A DNA stretch of 64,000 nt from Salisapilia sapeloensis CBS 127946 (GCA_023334545.1 JAADVB010000075.1:8198-72197), one strand, 5' to 3'; counted from the stretch's first letter, positions 10,439-23,126 are shown. Made by a program: numbers and translations. The notes: generated by a model from the sequence alone, not told the origin.

Positions 10439-11872
10439 TTAAGAGTACGCGACTCGTTGGTCGTTCACCTGTTCGTCGTCCGATTCATACCGTAGCGGAT
10501 CTTGGAACAAGTCGCCTCCGTGCGTCCACCGCGTCTGGTCTCGCTTACTATCTCGCATGGACGACGGACTGGACACTTCCGTCCCGTACGAGTGGTAGAG
10601 AGATGTCCCCAATAACGTCTCATCGTGGTGCTTGTCCGTAGCGTTGATGATGTGGAAGACGCCAAAGTCTGGTAGTTTATTACTATTTGATGAACGATGT
10701 CGAGGGGCTGCGACACCTCCGACCTTGGTCGTGATAAGACAGAGGAGCAGAACGGTCGGGAGGAACTCCCAGAAACAAAAGAAGACAAAGCAAGCAAACG
10801 TCGTGACGCGGCCATTCATATCGAGTTGGTTCCAAATGCTCAGAAACCAGTTCTGAGACGTCGCCAAATCCCGAACGGACCGCGTGAAGAAGATGACGAA
10901 CAGCAAGACGTTGATGATCGCGAGACTCTGTCGCGTAGAAATATTAGTGGAAAGAGCAAAACCGTTTTGTGGAGCCATGTACTCTGGGTTTGGAGATCAA
11001 CAGACGTCGACGCTTCCAACTTTCCACCTACGTCACATGCCTATAAGCAATGTACTAGACAAAAGTGCAAAGGATGTACGTACATTGGCCATTTTCCATC
11101 CAAAGAAACCGAAAAGAAAGGAGAGGAGGAAGAAGGAGATGGCAGAGTATGCTAGCTGGATACTGACGTCCGAGACTTGGGAAAACTCTTGGTCGTATTC
11201 ATCCTACATGACTCAAACGGTTGGTGACCTTTGCTGGTGAGACTACTTGTCAGCAGCTTTAGCAGTGATGATGACAACATACTCCGTACTCGATCGCAGC
11301 ATTGATATCGTCAGACAATGTGAATGCCCACACGACAGTGAAGACACCTGCGAAAGAAATAGAGTCAGAGACGCTATCAACACGACTTCGTTCAGATAGT
11401 ACCCATGGATAGAGATAACGCCAGGTATAGAGGTATACATATTCTTCTCCACCGAGTTCTCCACTCTTTCCCCGTCAACACTTGTATGTAGAAGAGCACG
11501 AGGAGAGAAAAGCTCGCGAATCTGTCCGTGCCGAGTGCATCGATACTCGCAATTAAGTCCTGTACAAAAGGTCGTAGCGTACTACTAGGCAACGTACTGA
11601 AGTGGCGTTGGCAGCCAATACAAGAGGTACAGCTCGAGATACGTCATGCTATCGCGAGTCTGGAGGATGACCCAGTAGGCCGCTCGAACGAGCGTCCAGA
11701 GGAGGCAGAGCGTATAGAAGCTCGTGGACCACGACAAGACCTTGTTCTTGTTCAAGAGTGATGCCAAGAGACGTGTGAGCAAGAATAGGAACAAGGCGAT
11801 GCACATGGCTGTCAAGAGGAGCGCATAGATCGTAGGCGCCGGCCCCGTTCGATCGCCGCCACGCTCGCTCAT
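10439..11872 (-). CDS. GPR137/TM7SF1 - THH1/TOM1-like multipass membrane protein (multi-exon)
   Basis: TM helices with FYTLCLLWTLVRAAYW..YLLYWLPTPLQY..FSLLVLFY and CFVFFCFWEFLPTVLLL, followed by a Ser-rich tail. Confidence 0.75.
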
Positions 11873-12140
11873 TTTAGCTTGTCAACAAAATAGCATCACA
11901 CCCTCTCCATACAAAGTATCTATCAAAGATACAGAATATAATGAGACGTATCTTAAAGAGTCGTGATAATCAGATGGATAGTGCATCAAGCCAAGTCTGT
12001 TGGTCACGACGTCAGTTCCTCGATGCTGTGCATGAAGGTCAAGCGGCAGTAGAGAAAGAATATACGTATATTAGAATCAACTTCCTTGTGTTGCTTTCTT
12101 TCTGCTACCCATGGTCTAGTCCCATATGATAGATGTCAAC

Positions 12141-13552
12141 TTACTTTCGAACGTATCGACGGATGACATCCAGGAGCGGACGAAGACGACGACGCTGCTC
12201 GGCATCCCCTGAAGCTGTTGCGAGGTAGTCATCTGCCAAAGAAAAATCAGTCAAGTGGTATCTCACTCAATTGTAATGCATTATCACCTTGGAGGTTGCG
12301 TAGAGCTGTAATCGTCTCGGATGAGTCGATGTACTGCTCCTAGAGGTAAGCGTTAGCATTCCAAATAGGTAGAGTCTATCAGACGTAAGCTTACTGTATG
12401 CGTTTGGAAGTCTTCCGTATCACATAGTAGAGCCAAGGTCTCTGCGCCAGTCAAGACCGTCGCATGGCCGAGCAAGTGCCCGTTCGAGCTCAGGTGCATG
12501 GCTAGTAGAGCAAGCACGCGTTTCTCCTCAATAAGTGGCATGATCCTAAATGTAGAGTACGTTAGCTGCCTAACGCATCGCAAGTGTAATCACTAGGAAA
12601 GATGACCTCGATTCGTCGATCGACTCTAGCTGCTTGCAGAGTCCCCATAGAAAGTGGACGACCGTCACTTCCTGACAGTTGTCCACATCCCGATTAGCAA
12701 GGTACTACAGGACGGTGTAGACAGTTAGCAATGGTTGTAGAAGGTGATAGAATAGATATGAAACTACCTCTGGGTTCTCCAGACTGTACGACAGCACGTC
12801 ATGGATGTACTCGATCAAGAGCGGCAGGTCGGTCGTTTGTACTGCTTCTTGGTGGAGCCACGCGTTCTTTAACGTCATGCCCATCCCTCGCTCGAACTTG
12901 GCCATGTTCTCCATCGTCGAGTCCTGCTCAAAAGGAATTTTCATTGTATGAATGTACTCGACGTTTGTGTACGCTCCCATCGTACCTTGATATTTCCTCG
13001 CTCTAGAACGCGTTTCAAGTAGTCATTATAGGCGACGAGGTTCCGGAGACATCTACACTCGTTGCGTCATAAGCAGAGATAGCAAGATCACGTACATGCG
13101 ATAGTATACAGATTCAGTTTAGCGTCTTCGAGTAAATAGCTACGTCTAGCAAGTGAGCATTCGTCCGAATGGTAATGTCGATCAAAAGCGAAATTACCGG
13201 AGTGCGAGCTCTTCACATTCCCACAGTGTGGCATCCGGTCGTTTTGGAAGCGAACGTTCCTATGCATGAAAAACATCCGAATGATCGACGCAATCTTATC
13301 AAGACTACAAATCCTACCATCTCTGTAATATCGCCGATACGTGCTATCTGCTTTGCCATCTCGATCCAATTGTCCGTGAGCACGGGATAATCAGCCTACA
13401 AAGCCATGAGCTCTGGCTTACCACGTCTACAAACACAAACGCACCATGAACCGAACATGCGCCCTCAGATCCGCGGCAAGCTTGGCTGAAAGCTGCTCAA
13501 AGTTATCCGTCGCGTGCTTGGACGCATAGTGGTTCTTGCGCGTACTCGCCAT
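12141..13552 (-). CDS. Conserved hypothetical helical protein, many short introns
   Basis: Exons joined by GT-AG introns give [116 protein letters not shown]. Family not recognised. Confidence 0.65.
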
Positions 13553-13612
13553 GGTGGAGCCGCACGCCCTTTCAAGATCGTTTAACCGGTTGAAACCCTC
13601 CTGGCGTCGGCA

Positions 13613-13621
13613 TTTGATTGG
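13613..13621 (-). promoter_or_regulatory. CCAAT-box-like motif in a 148-bp divergent promoter (hypothetical gene / PP2A-C)
   Basis: TTTGATTGG (CCAATCAAA on the minus strand). The same core occurs at 23214 and 48660 upstream of other genes. Confidence 0.45.
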
Positions 13622-13700
13622 TGGAAAAGGATGTCCGGCGTGGTGCATAGCATACAAAAGTCAAGTGAGACGAAAGGAGAATTTGAGCGGAGATACGAGC

Positions 13701-14716
13701 ATGGAGTCGCGTGGGGAGATGAAGTCGCTCGACGCCCAAGTCGAGCGCTTGCGACATGCCGAGAACTTGACCGAGATGGAGGTCTATGAGCTGTGCCAAA
13801 AGGCCAAGGAGATCCTGTCGGCCGAAAGCAACGTGCAGCCGGTCAAGTGCCCCGTCACGGTCTGTGGGGACATCCACGGTCAGTTCTACGATCTCCTCGA
13901 GCTCTTCCGGATAGGCGGCAACTGCCCTGACACCAACTACCTCTTCATGGGCGACTATGTCGACCGAGGATACTACTCTGTACGTACAAGCGTCATATCC
14001 GATCGAATAGTATATACTGACTTGTTTCCTCCTAGCTCGAGAGCGTGACGTTGTTGGTGGCACTTAAGGTCCGCCACCCGGAGCGCATTACGATCCTCCG
14101 AGGCAATCACGAGAGTCGACAGATCACACAGGTCTACGGGTTCTACGACGAGTGTCTGCGCAAGTACGGCAATGCCAACGTCTGGAAGTACTTCACCGAC
14201 CTCTTCGACCACTTGCCCATGACGGCGCTCATTGAAAACCGCGTCTTTTGCATGCACGGCGGACTCTCGCCTTCCATCGACACGTTGGATCACGCGCGCG
14301 CGCTCGACCGAGTGCAGGAGGTGCCGCACGAAGGACCCATGTGCGACCTCGTGTGGTCCGACCCGGATGACCGGTGTGGGTGGGGCATCTCCCCTCGTGG
14401 TGCCGGGTACACGTTCGGCCAGGACATTACGGAGCAGTTCAAACGCAGCAACGGCCTGACGTTCATCGCGCGCGCCCACCAGCTCGTGATGGAAGGCTAC
14501 CAGTGGACGCACAACCGCGGCGTCGTGACCGTCTTCAGTGCGCCCAACTACTGCTACCGCTGCGGGAACCAGGCAGGACTGATGGAGATCGACGAGGTGA
14601 TGTGCGACCGGCAGGGCGAAAAGGTGTACGACACGTGCAAGTTCATCCAGTTCGACCCAGCGCCACGTGATAGTACGTTCAACGAAAAGAAGCGTACGCC
14701 CGACTACTTTCTCTAG
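13701..14716 (+). CDS. PP2A-C: Ser/Thr protein phosphatase 2A catalytic subunit
   Basis: GDIHGQ, GDYVDRG, RGNHE and [11 protein letters not shown] motifs, and the diagnostic C-terminal TPDYFL. One intron at ~13981-14034. Confidence 0.97.
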
Positions 14717-14807
14717 TCTCAAGGATCACAAGAGCTCTTTTACCTCTACTTTTTACCTCGATTGGACTCTTGCACTAGCTAAAACGCTTCGGAACGTTCT
14801 TGTTTTT

Positions 14808-16856
14808 TCACTCGATACGACTCTCTTCCTTGTCTACTTGTTCTCTCTTCCCGACAGCATACCTACGTAGTCGAGGCAGGATACTCGTCATCTTGGCGTC
14901 TTGTACCACCTTTTCCATCGCGACATATACTTCCGATGCATACTTTGGCAACGACCCGCCGTCTTCATGCAACAGCGTAAACGTCTTAACGAGCTCTACG
15001 ACCTCACTCTTGGTCTCACAGACCTCGATCAGCTTGAGCATGTGGTCGGAAGAAATCGGGATACCTTCGCACTCCATGTTGTACGCCACTGCGAGGGTGC
15101 GTAGAGGTAGACGAGCGAGGAGCCCGACGTCGATCAGAGCGCTGTACAGTTGTTTATCGAGCCTCGGCACGAGCTGCATGAAGGAGAAGCACACTTCGAT
15201 GCCTTCGGAAGTGTACAGCGCCTGCATCGTAGACGTAGCAAACGCATGGTCTGGAGACAAGTCTCTCGCTCGCATCTCTTCCAATACTTTCAATATCCCA
15301 TGCACGTCTCCCGTCGCGCCGTATAGGACAGCGGCAGGAGTGAAGGCTTGGACGTCTAGCTCCAGCTCCGATCTCGACAGCATCGACTGGAAGAGCACTT
15401 GCATGTCCTCTGTGCTGCGACGATGAGAGCATGCTGCCTGGAGAGACGTGAAGACCTCGAGCGTCGGGGAAACATCAAAGTCTAGAAAGTCATGCAGCAG
15501 CGCCATGAGCTGCGAGATAGACTCATTGCGATGACTGTCGACCATCGCGAGCATCGTCACGGCGTCTGGCTCGACGCCTCGAGACAGCATGTGCTGGAAG
15601 AGCTCTTTCGCTCCTTCTGCATCTCGAGCGTCAGCATAGCAACGTAATGCGTCGTTGAAAACGAGACGAGGGAGGTGCCAGTTGGGAAAACGCTGCTCCG
15701 TTAAAGACAATTCGTCCAGCACGTGCTCCAACATGGTCGTGTCATGCGTCTGGCGACAGTAGGCGATGGCCAGGCCATACCCAGCATCCTTGGCACACCC
15801 GTCGTGGATCATACGACGATAGATCTCCTTCCACTGGCGCCAGTCCTGTAGCTCTCGACAGGCCACGAGAGCACTCACGTACATGTTCTCATCCATCCGA
15901 ACGTCTGGTGTCTCATCGCGCAACGACGATAGGTGAGAGTAGACGCGTAGAGCATCTCGTGGGGACTGGCGGGAAAAGTACTGGAGAGCAGACGCGTAGG
16001 TAGAAGTCAGATAGGATGCGTCTGAACGAGAGTGCTTATGCTGCGCACGAGTGGCCCAGTCGAGGAAGAGAGGGAGGATGCTTTGGGCGTACGGAAGCTC
16101 GAGTTTAGCACAAGAACGAAACAAAGATACGAAGGCGAAACTCTCGTGGTGTCGAGTATCAAACGTCGGGTGGTCGTGGAGCTTACGAAAGACTTGGACG
16201 ACGCCCTCGTGCTTGTCTTGAGCGTACAGGTGGTACAGCACCGACGAAGCGATCTTTGGTGGGAGCTTGTGCATACCTGTGGACTTGCCTACGTTGCTCA
16301 AGTAGAAATCTAGGAGAAAGGTGGTGGATGGGACGTCGCCGAGCTTGCTACAGCCATTCAGGAGATTGATGAGGATGGACGAAAGGACCTCGGGACCGGC
16401 ATGCGCTTTCAATCGGTCGAGCATGCTGTTGAGATAGCGATTCGAACTAGCGCCTCCCTGTCGGACCGTCGTGAACAGCATGTCTGTCCATAACTGGATG
16501 CCCCCACTCGATGGCTCTGACGCGAACAGGTACTCGACGAGCCACTCGGCGTTCTTCCCATCCTTTTGTCGAAATCTATTTTGCAGAGCAATACTCCAAA
16601 CACGTTGGTCTGTCTTTGCCATCACTTCGACCGGATCAGCCTTCTCTAGCTTGCGTAAGACGCTCGAAATGAGCCCCGGGTCTGCTCGTGGTGAGAAAAA
16701 GTGCCGCATTTCGTCATTGGCAAAGCGCATCCGTCGCTTCCCGCCTTTGCGAGGACGGACACTACGACCAGTACTTTCATTTCGAACTAGCAACGCAGTC
16801 GTGTGCGTACTAGTCCGTCGAAGAGGACGCAGAGCAGCGTGGAGTGCGTCCATCAT
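14808..16856 (-). CDS. Pentatricopeptide-repeat (PPR) protein, probably mitochondrial
   Basis: 35-aa repeats such as LVFNDALRCYADARDAEGAKELFQHMLSRGVEPDAVT and NMYVSALVACREL..WKEIYRRMIHDG. Basic presequence-like N-terminus. Confidence 0.88.
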   Translation of the reverse strand: MMDALHAALRPLRRTSTHTTALLVRNESTGRSVRPRKGGKRRMRFANDEMRHFFSPRADPGLISSVLRKLEKADPVEVMAKTDQRVWSIALQNRFRQKDGKNAEWLVEYLFASEPSSGGIQLWTDMLFTTVRQGGASSNRYLNSMLDRLKAHAGPEVLSSILINLLNGCSKLGDVPSTTFLLDFYLSNVGKSTGMHKLPPKIASSVLYHLYAQDKHEGVVQVFRKLHDHPTFDTRHHESFAFVSLFRSCAKLELPYAQSILPLFLDWATRAQHKHSRSDASYLTSTYASALQYFSRQSPRDALRVYSHLSSLRDETPDVRMDENMYVSALVACRELQDWRQWKEIYRRMIHDGCAKDAGYGLAIAYCRQTHDTTMLEHVLDELSLTEQRFPNWHLPRLVFNDALRCYADARDAEGAKELFQHMLSRGVEPDAVTMLAMVDSHRNESISQLMALLHDFLDFDVSPTLEVFTSLQAACSHRRSTEDMQVLFQSMLSRSELELDVQAFTPAAVLYGATGDVHGILKVLEEMRARDLSPDHAFATSTMQALYTSEGIEVCFSFMQLVPRLDKQLYSALIDVGLLARLPLRTLAVAYNMECEGIPISSDHMLKLIEVCETKSEVVELVKTFTLLHEDGGSLPKYASEVYVAMEKVVQDAKMTSILPRLRRYAVGKREQVDKEESRIE

Positions 16857-16983
16857 GCTCTGGTGTCGGCCTTGGTATCCTTCACGCGACCTTCCTGGAA
16901 CCTTTCGAGAAAGTTGATGGAAGGTCGCGTGAAGGATCGACTTCCAGCATCGACCGGAGGATTAATCAGGAAGAGCTACGACC

Positions 16984-19900
16984 ATGCCACCACTTTCTCT
17001 ACGCATCAGGTACAAGGATCTAGTGTATACAATGTAATTATAGAAGATATGAACCCCCTATGTTTGTATTTTGATAGTAAACTACGCAATATTGAGTACA
17101 AGCCTCTACCAGCAGAGCAGAGCTATGATCAATTGCAAGTGACGAGAGAGAAAGTAGAAGGTCAGCTCGTAGCTGCCAATACGCAAAAGTTCGCTTTCCC
17201 ACATCAATCCGACGGTAGGTTTTCATAGTTACATTTCTCAAGTATACTGCAGAAGAGATCGTAACATGGATAGAGAGTAGGTGGAGGAGCTATCCAAGTC
17301 AAGCTTCTACAAGACGTAGGAAAGGAGGCTTCGTTGACGGTATCCATCTCTCCTCCACATCACCCTTCTTGCCTCTCAACTGATATAATTATCGAGACAG
17401 CCTCCTCTAGTCCGAGCTCATCGACAGAAGGTCACAGCCCTCTCGTTCTCTCCCTTTGACGAGCAGCTCCTGGCTTCGGCAAGCGCCGACACGACCGTCA
17501 AGGTACTCCACAGCCTACTCTTACGCCCCTATCCAATATACAAACCAATAAATTACATGTACTGCATGAATTAGCTATGGAAACTTCCGTCGAAAGGTCT
17601 GGAAACCGACGTGACGGACGCGTCTGCTGTCTTTCAACCCCCAGGTTCATCCGTCGGAGGCCTCTCCTTCCACCCGTCTGCAGCTAACGTCCTCGCTGCG
17701 TCATCATCCACCAGTCTCTTGATATACGATCTCGAGAGCCAACAAGAGTGCTTCTCTCTGTCTAGTCCTAGTCCCATCACCTCCTTTACCTGGAGCTACG
17801 ACGGAAGCTCCCTCCTCTCCTCGACATCCGACCGTAGTATTCAACTAGAAGATCCTCGACATGCCGACAAGAGCTCTACTCCGATCGTCTCAGAAGCGCA
17901 CTCTGGTCGACTATCCATACGTGTCGTCTGGTGTGGAGATAAAGACCACTTCTTATCCACTGGAAGCGACAAGATGATGCAGGAGAGAGAGATCAAGCTC
18001 TGGGATCCTCGAAACACGTCCAAGCCTCTGCATCGAGAGCGACTGGACAGCAGCATCGGATCTCTCATGCCCATCTTTGACGAAGACCTCGGACTCGTCT
18101 ACCTCATCGGCAAAGGCGATCGGAGCATGCGACTCCTGGAAGTCGACTTACAACGATCTCCTGGTCTACACCCACTGCAGCATCTAAACCTCCCACACAT
18201 GAATCTCGCTGCGAATCTACTTGCTAAAGCTACGTGCGACACGAACGCTTGTGAAGTAGGAAAGCTCTTGAGCTTATCTGATCGCCGATGTGACGTCCTG
18301 AGCTTCCGAGTGCCGAGAAGGAATGGTGAGATGGAGTTCCAGAGCGATTTGTATCCAGATACGAGAGATGAGGAAGCTGCGATCACTTGTGAAGAGTGGA
18401 AGCTAGGGGCGAACGCGACACCAAAGAAGAGGAGTGTGCAGCCGACGCCCAGGAAGGAGAGCAGTGGACAGGTCTTTGGAGGCCAAGCGGTGCAGTGGGG
18501 AGCTACTTCAAAGCAAGCGTGGACAAAGCCGGACTGGAAACCGGCCGATGCTAGTGCCAAAGTGCCGAGTCAAAGCAGTGGCGGTAGTGGATGGAACTCC
18601 AAGGCGACGATGTGGAATGCAGCACCGACGACCAAAACACTTCCGAAAGCGTCTGGATGGGGAGCTCCGTCCAACGCTTGGACCTCTAATCTCTCGAAAG
18701 AGAGCCCTAAGGAGCAGGTAGAGGAGACAAAGGAGGAGACAAAGGAAGAGACGAAGGAAGAGGATCCGATCGAAGCGAAAGAAGAGGAAAAGATGGAGCT
18801 GTCGGAGAAGGCACAGCGGCTGGGCTCCAAGTACGGACACAAGCTCAAGTTCCTTCAAGGCAAGGAGAGTACTCGCCACGAAAACTTTTACATTCAGGAC
18901 AAGAGTCTGTCTCCTGCAATTTTGGCGTCTCCTGTCATCAAGACGAATGGCGACGTCTGGGCCCTCCCTCTCGCTGGTGCAGGAGGTCCGATACTTGTAC
19001 AGCCCTTGTCTAGCACTGGTAAAGCGTCTTCCTCCACTCCCGTGCTCAACGGACACAAGTCTTCTGTGACAGAGCTAGAGTTCAGTCCGTTAGAGCATAG
19101 TCTTCTAGCCAGTGGTTCTCTCGATACAGACATCCATCTCTGGAAACTGTCGGCGGACGGAGTGCAAGGCTCTGAACGTCCGAGTGTGACGCTTGGTGGT
19201 CATGTCAAGTCCATTCGGAGTCTAGCTTTCCATCCGACGGTGTCCAACCTCCTCGCTTCTTCCTCCCACGACTTATCCATTCGCCTATGGGATGTCTCCA
19301 CCGGACAGGAGAAGATGAGTATTCAAGATAAGCTCGAAGACTTTGTCTGGTCCATGGAGTTTAATCCGTTCGATGGACAGCTACTGGCGTCTAGCTCGAA
19401 AGACAAGATCATTCGAGTGTTCGACGTACGCTCGCAAGAGCATGTCGTCCAGGAGATGGGCTCTGGGCATGACAGTAGCAAGCCACAGTTTGTCAAGTGG
19501 GTGAATGACCACACGCTCCTAAGTGTCGGCGTTAGCAATCGGAACGAGAGACAGATGAGCTTCTGGGATGCTCGGGACCTCGCGAACCCTGTCGCAACGC
19601 AGACGATTGAAACGACAGCTTCGTCCTCTGTCCTATATCCTCTGTACGACGCTAGCTCGAGCCTCCTCTTCCTCGTAGGCATTGGCGACAGACAAGTGTC
19701 TAGTTTCCAAGTAGATGTGCAGCAGTCGAGAGCAGACGCCAACCTCCCCTTTAGTCTATCAGGACAGCAGTCCATCGCAGGTGGAGCACTCCTCCCGAAA
19801 CAGTCGTGTAATGTAAAGGAGGTGGAGCTAGCCAAGATGCTACTGCTGACGCCTGCATGCGTCGAACGTGCCTCCTTCTCCCTCCCTCGTACGCAGCTGC

Positions 19901-20312
19901 TGAAGCAGTACTTCCAGGACGACGTCTATGGACAAGTGAGAAAGGAGGTGGCAGTCGCTACGTATGACGAGTGGATTGACGGTAAAGACGTTCGACCAGC
20001 GTACGAGTCTCTTGAGCCACAAGGTACCTCTCTCATCTACTCTACGACCACATATGTACTGACGGATATGATGTAGGCATGACACGTCTGTCGGAGCGAC
20101 CGAAGGAGGAGGCAGTGGTGCGGCCCAAGACGCTGGACTTTCAGAAACAGATCCAAGAGGAAGAAGAGCGGAAGCGACAGAAGGACGCCGAGATCGCACG
20201 ACTGAATGCTCTTGCAGCCCAGCCGACGCTGCACGCGGAGCATCAAAAGGGGTCTGTGAGAAGACAAGGCGGCGCGTACGACTCGGATAGTGACAACGAG
20301 TGGGACGATTAA
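16984..20312 (+). CDS. CORO7: Coronin-7 / tandem (double) coronin
   Basis: Spliced N-terminus MPPLSLRISKLRNIEYKP..KVTALSFSPFDEQLLASASADTTVK. Two WD40 coronin halves (REIKLWDPRN, GKGDRSMR, FQSDLYPDT, then GHKSSVTELEFSP, FQDDVY). The last exon ends SDSDNEWDD* at 20312. Confidence 0.9.
18721..18756 (+). repeat. 3 x 12-nt tandem repeat encoding EETK-EETK-EETK in the coronin linker
   Basis: GAGGAGACAAAG GAGGAGACAAAG GAAGAGACGAAG. Confidence 0.85.
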
Positions 20313-20361
20313 GTACAATGCAACAGATCTTGTTAATACGAACGTCGTCTTTCCTGACGAC

Positions 20362-23126
20362 CTAGTCTTGCGTCTTCTGAGGTCGGATAAAAGCTTTCCG
20401 CAGACGATCACATACGTTGGAAAGGTACTTGTCTTCCGTCCGACGCACTTGGAACACTTCATTCCGAACGTCATACTCGGAGAACTATCCATCTCATCAG
20501 TACTCTTGCTCCTACGAAAGATAAATACATAACAACGTACCGCTCCACTCGTGACATGCACATCGACATGCCCATTCGCAGCATCTAGACCGACAGGAAC
20601 GCCGACACTAAACTTTGTGTCTTCCTCCTGTCTACTCTCTCCAGGACAGAAAAAGTGGATGAAGACCTTGGACTTGTCGTCATCAAACCGGAGCGAAAAG
20701 CTCGCAGATAGACTCCGGAGCTCTTTCAGCAGACGGAACGTCTTGTGGACATAGTGCTCCAGATGCACCAGCAGACGCTTGAGATGCTCCTTGTCGCTAT
20801 GCAGTCCCTCCAGCGCCCAGATACGAGAAAAGTACGACGGATCCAGCAGCTTATGCGCCACAAGTCGCACGACGTCCGTCCCGACAGCCGACGCCAAGTC
20901 CAGCTCAACGTCTTTCCCCGTGAGCGTAGACGAGACGTCGAGCGAGTACGTTCCTTGCAGATGCTCCGGCTGCGTCTCGTCTGCAAAGTCGATGACTGTA
21001 AGCACTTTGGACGTAAAGAATGGGTCTTCTCGCGTCGCATTCAGCTTGATCTGATGGGACGTAGCACCCGCGACACGCCAGATCGTGAACTGCTGTAGTA
21101 AGCAGTACATTTCCTCTGCCTCGAGCACCTTTTTCCGTCTCTGCGTCACCTCCTCCTCCGTCGGCGGTTGATTCGCAGACGCCTCGTCTTCCAACGCAGC
21201 TACCTTGCGCTCTAGCACAGACGCTTGGAGCGACAGACCCGACACGTCCTTTTGCAGCGCCTCGACCGTCGCCGAGAGGTCCTTCCGGATCGCTCGCTGC
21301 TCTTCAATCGCGTCCAAGAGCTGCGCCGTCTGCTGCTCCTTGGCCAAGAGCTCCTTGACGGCCGCCAGCTTTTGCTCTCGACTCGACACGGCGCTCGAGA
21401 GTTTCTGCTGCAGCTGCGTCTTGTCCTGCCGCAGCACGTCGATCTGCTCGTCCAGACTGGACAGGAGCTGCTCTTCCATCTGAATGCGCTGCTCGAGCCA
21501 CTGACTCTTGGCCTTGGCAGCCTCAATCTCACTGAGCTTCTGCAGCTGCTGATGCCGACTGACGTCCAACGCGTCTTTCGTGAACAGAGGAGACACTTGC
21601 TCTGTCAAGAGCTGCGGCGTGACCTTCTCTAGAGACGCAACTGCCTTCTGCAGCTTGGAAGCATGCTCCTGGACGATGTGTCTGCAGGCAACGTTAAGCG
21701 CTGCGACGCGGAGCTGCTGAGCAGACGTCAACGAGATAAAGTCTGCTTTCGACTGAAGGTCGGCAAAGTCGTTCGGGACATACATGGGCTTCGACCTATT
21801 CGTCAGCGTCGCATACGACAAGAGGTCGGACACAGTGAAGCTCGGTCGGACTTCCAGCGCATTCTCGTCTGCAGACACAGTACCCGCAGGCGTCTCTTGC
21901 TGCACAGCTGCCTCTTGCTCATGCACTGCTGCTGCTAGTAGACCCGAGACGTCACGCGGGAGGTCGACGGTATGGTCCTCTTTATCCACATCCGGGAAGG
22001 GCGTGTCCCCTATTGAAACTCTGTTCAAGGACGACCGGACGCTGTGGTTGGTATGCTCGCCTGTGATGTCCATGTCTTCTCCTTCCGATGCATCCGAAGA
22101 GTCTGCATATGGCTGTCGATTCTGCATCGAAAGAGAGAACGGGAGGCTCGAGGGAGAACGAGACGGACTGGACATGGTCGACCGACGTGTGTCGTAGCTC
22201 GTGCGCCGAGTGGGCTGGAAGGGAGACGCAGACGACGTGCCTGTTGCTCCTAGAGTCGTCCGACGCTGCTTCTTGGCCGGATGGTCTTCTCCGATGAGAG
22301 ACGGGAGGCCGTGGATACTGCGTCGACCGGTCGGAGCCGTCGGAGAGGAGAACAAGGCGTCGTGCTTGGCTCTATTCGCTTCCTTATTCTCCTTTTCCTT
22401 GTCTTGCTTCTCTTCTTTCTCACTCGACAAGTGCTCTGGGGACTTGGAGACAGTCGAAGCATGTCGAGACCGAGGGATCTTGGATCGCAGAGGCGTCATG
22501 GACACCGAAGGAGAACCAGGGTGGAACTCGGCGTGCTTGGGTGGACCAAAGTTCACGCGTTTACTAGGCGTGTCTGGGTCTTTCGTCGCGAGAGACCTGG
22601 AAGCTAGACAACTACGTAGAGGCTGTGATAAGGAAGGAGGAGATAAGAGAGCGACGGGCATGGAAGACTGTAGATCCGCGTCTGTCGTACGACTCGCTTG
22701 CGGCGGCGTGGAGACACTGTCACTAGATGTGTTCGGTCCCATGGACTGCCGACGCCTCGGAGGCGTCCGCTTCTCCAGAATACTCGTATGCACCTTCCTC
22801 TTGTTCCCGACCTGGCTGTCACTCGACGTACGTACAGTCGTACGCTCTTCCTCTTGCGTACGAGTGACATTGACGACTGTACTCGCTCGGAAGATGGATG
22901 GAGATAACGTCTCACTTGTCTGACTCTTGGACTGCTGCTGTAGACGCAGGACCATGGACGGAGATAGCGTATCTCCTCTCTCCTGCGACTGGAGCCTCGG
23001 CATCTGCGACGGCGACAACGTCTCTCCAATCGAGTGTCGCTGTGAGTTAGTCATCTGCGTCAACGTCGAAGGCGACAGCGTCTGGTTCGATAGAGACATA
23101 CGTCTCTCCGTAGCAGCTTCCTCCAT
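20362..23126 (-). CDS. KNL1/Spc105/Spc7-like outer kinetochore scaffold
   Basis: Disordered S/T/P-rich N-half with SILE (22773-22784), RSCL and KRVNF (22548-22559) PP1-docking-type motifs, and a MELT-like EDMDIT (22062-22073). Then a long coiled coil and a C-terminal alpha/beta region compatible with tandem RWD domains. The final exon is predicted after an intron at ~20548-20485 and ends FIRPQKTQD* at 20362. Confidence 0.65.

Noticed and set aside
20037-20361. C-terminal ~108 aa of the 1051-aa ORF overlapping the last coronin exon
   Set aside because: A GT-AG intron at ~20548-20485 gives a cleaner end at 20362. The extension is antisense to the coronin exon 20079-20312.
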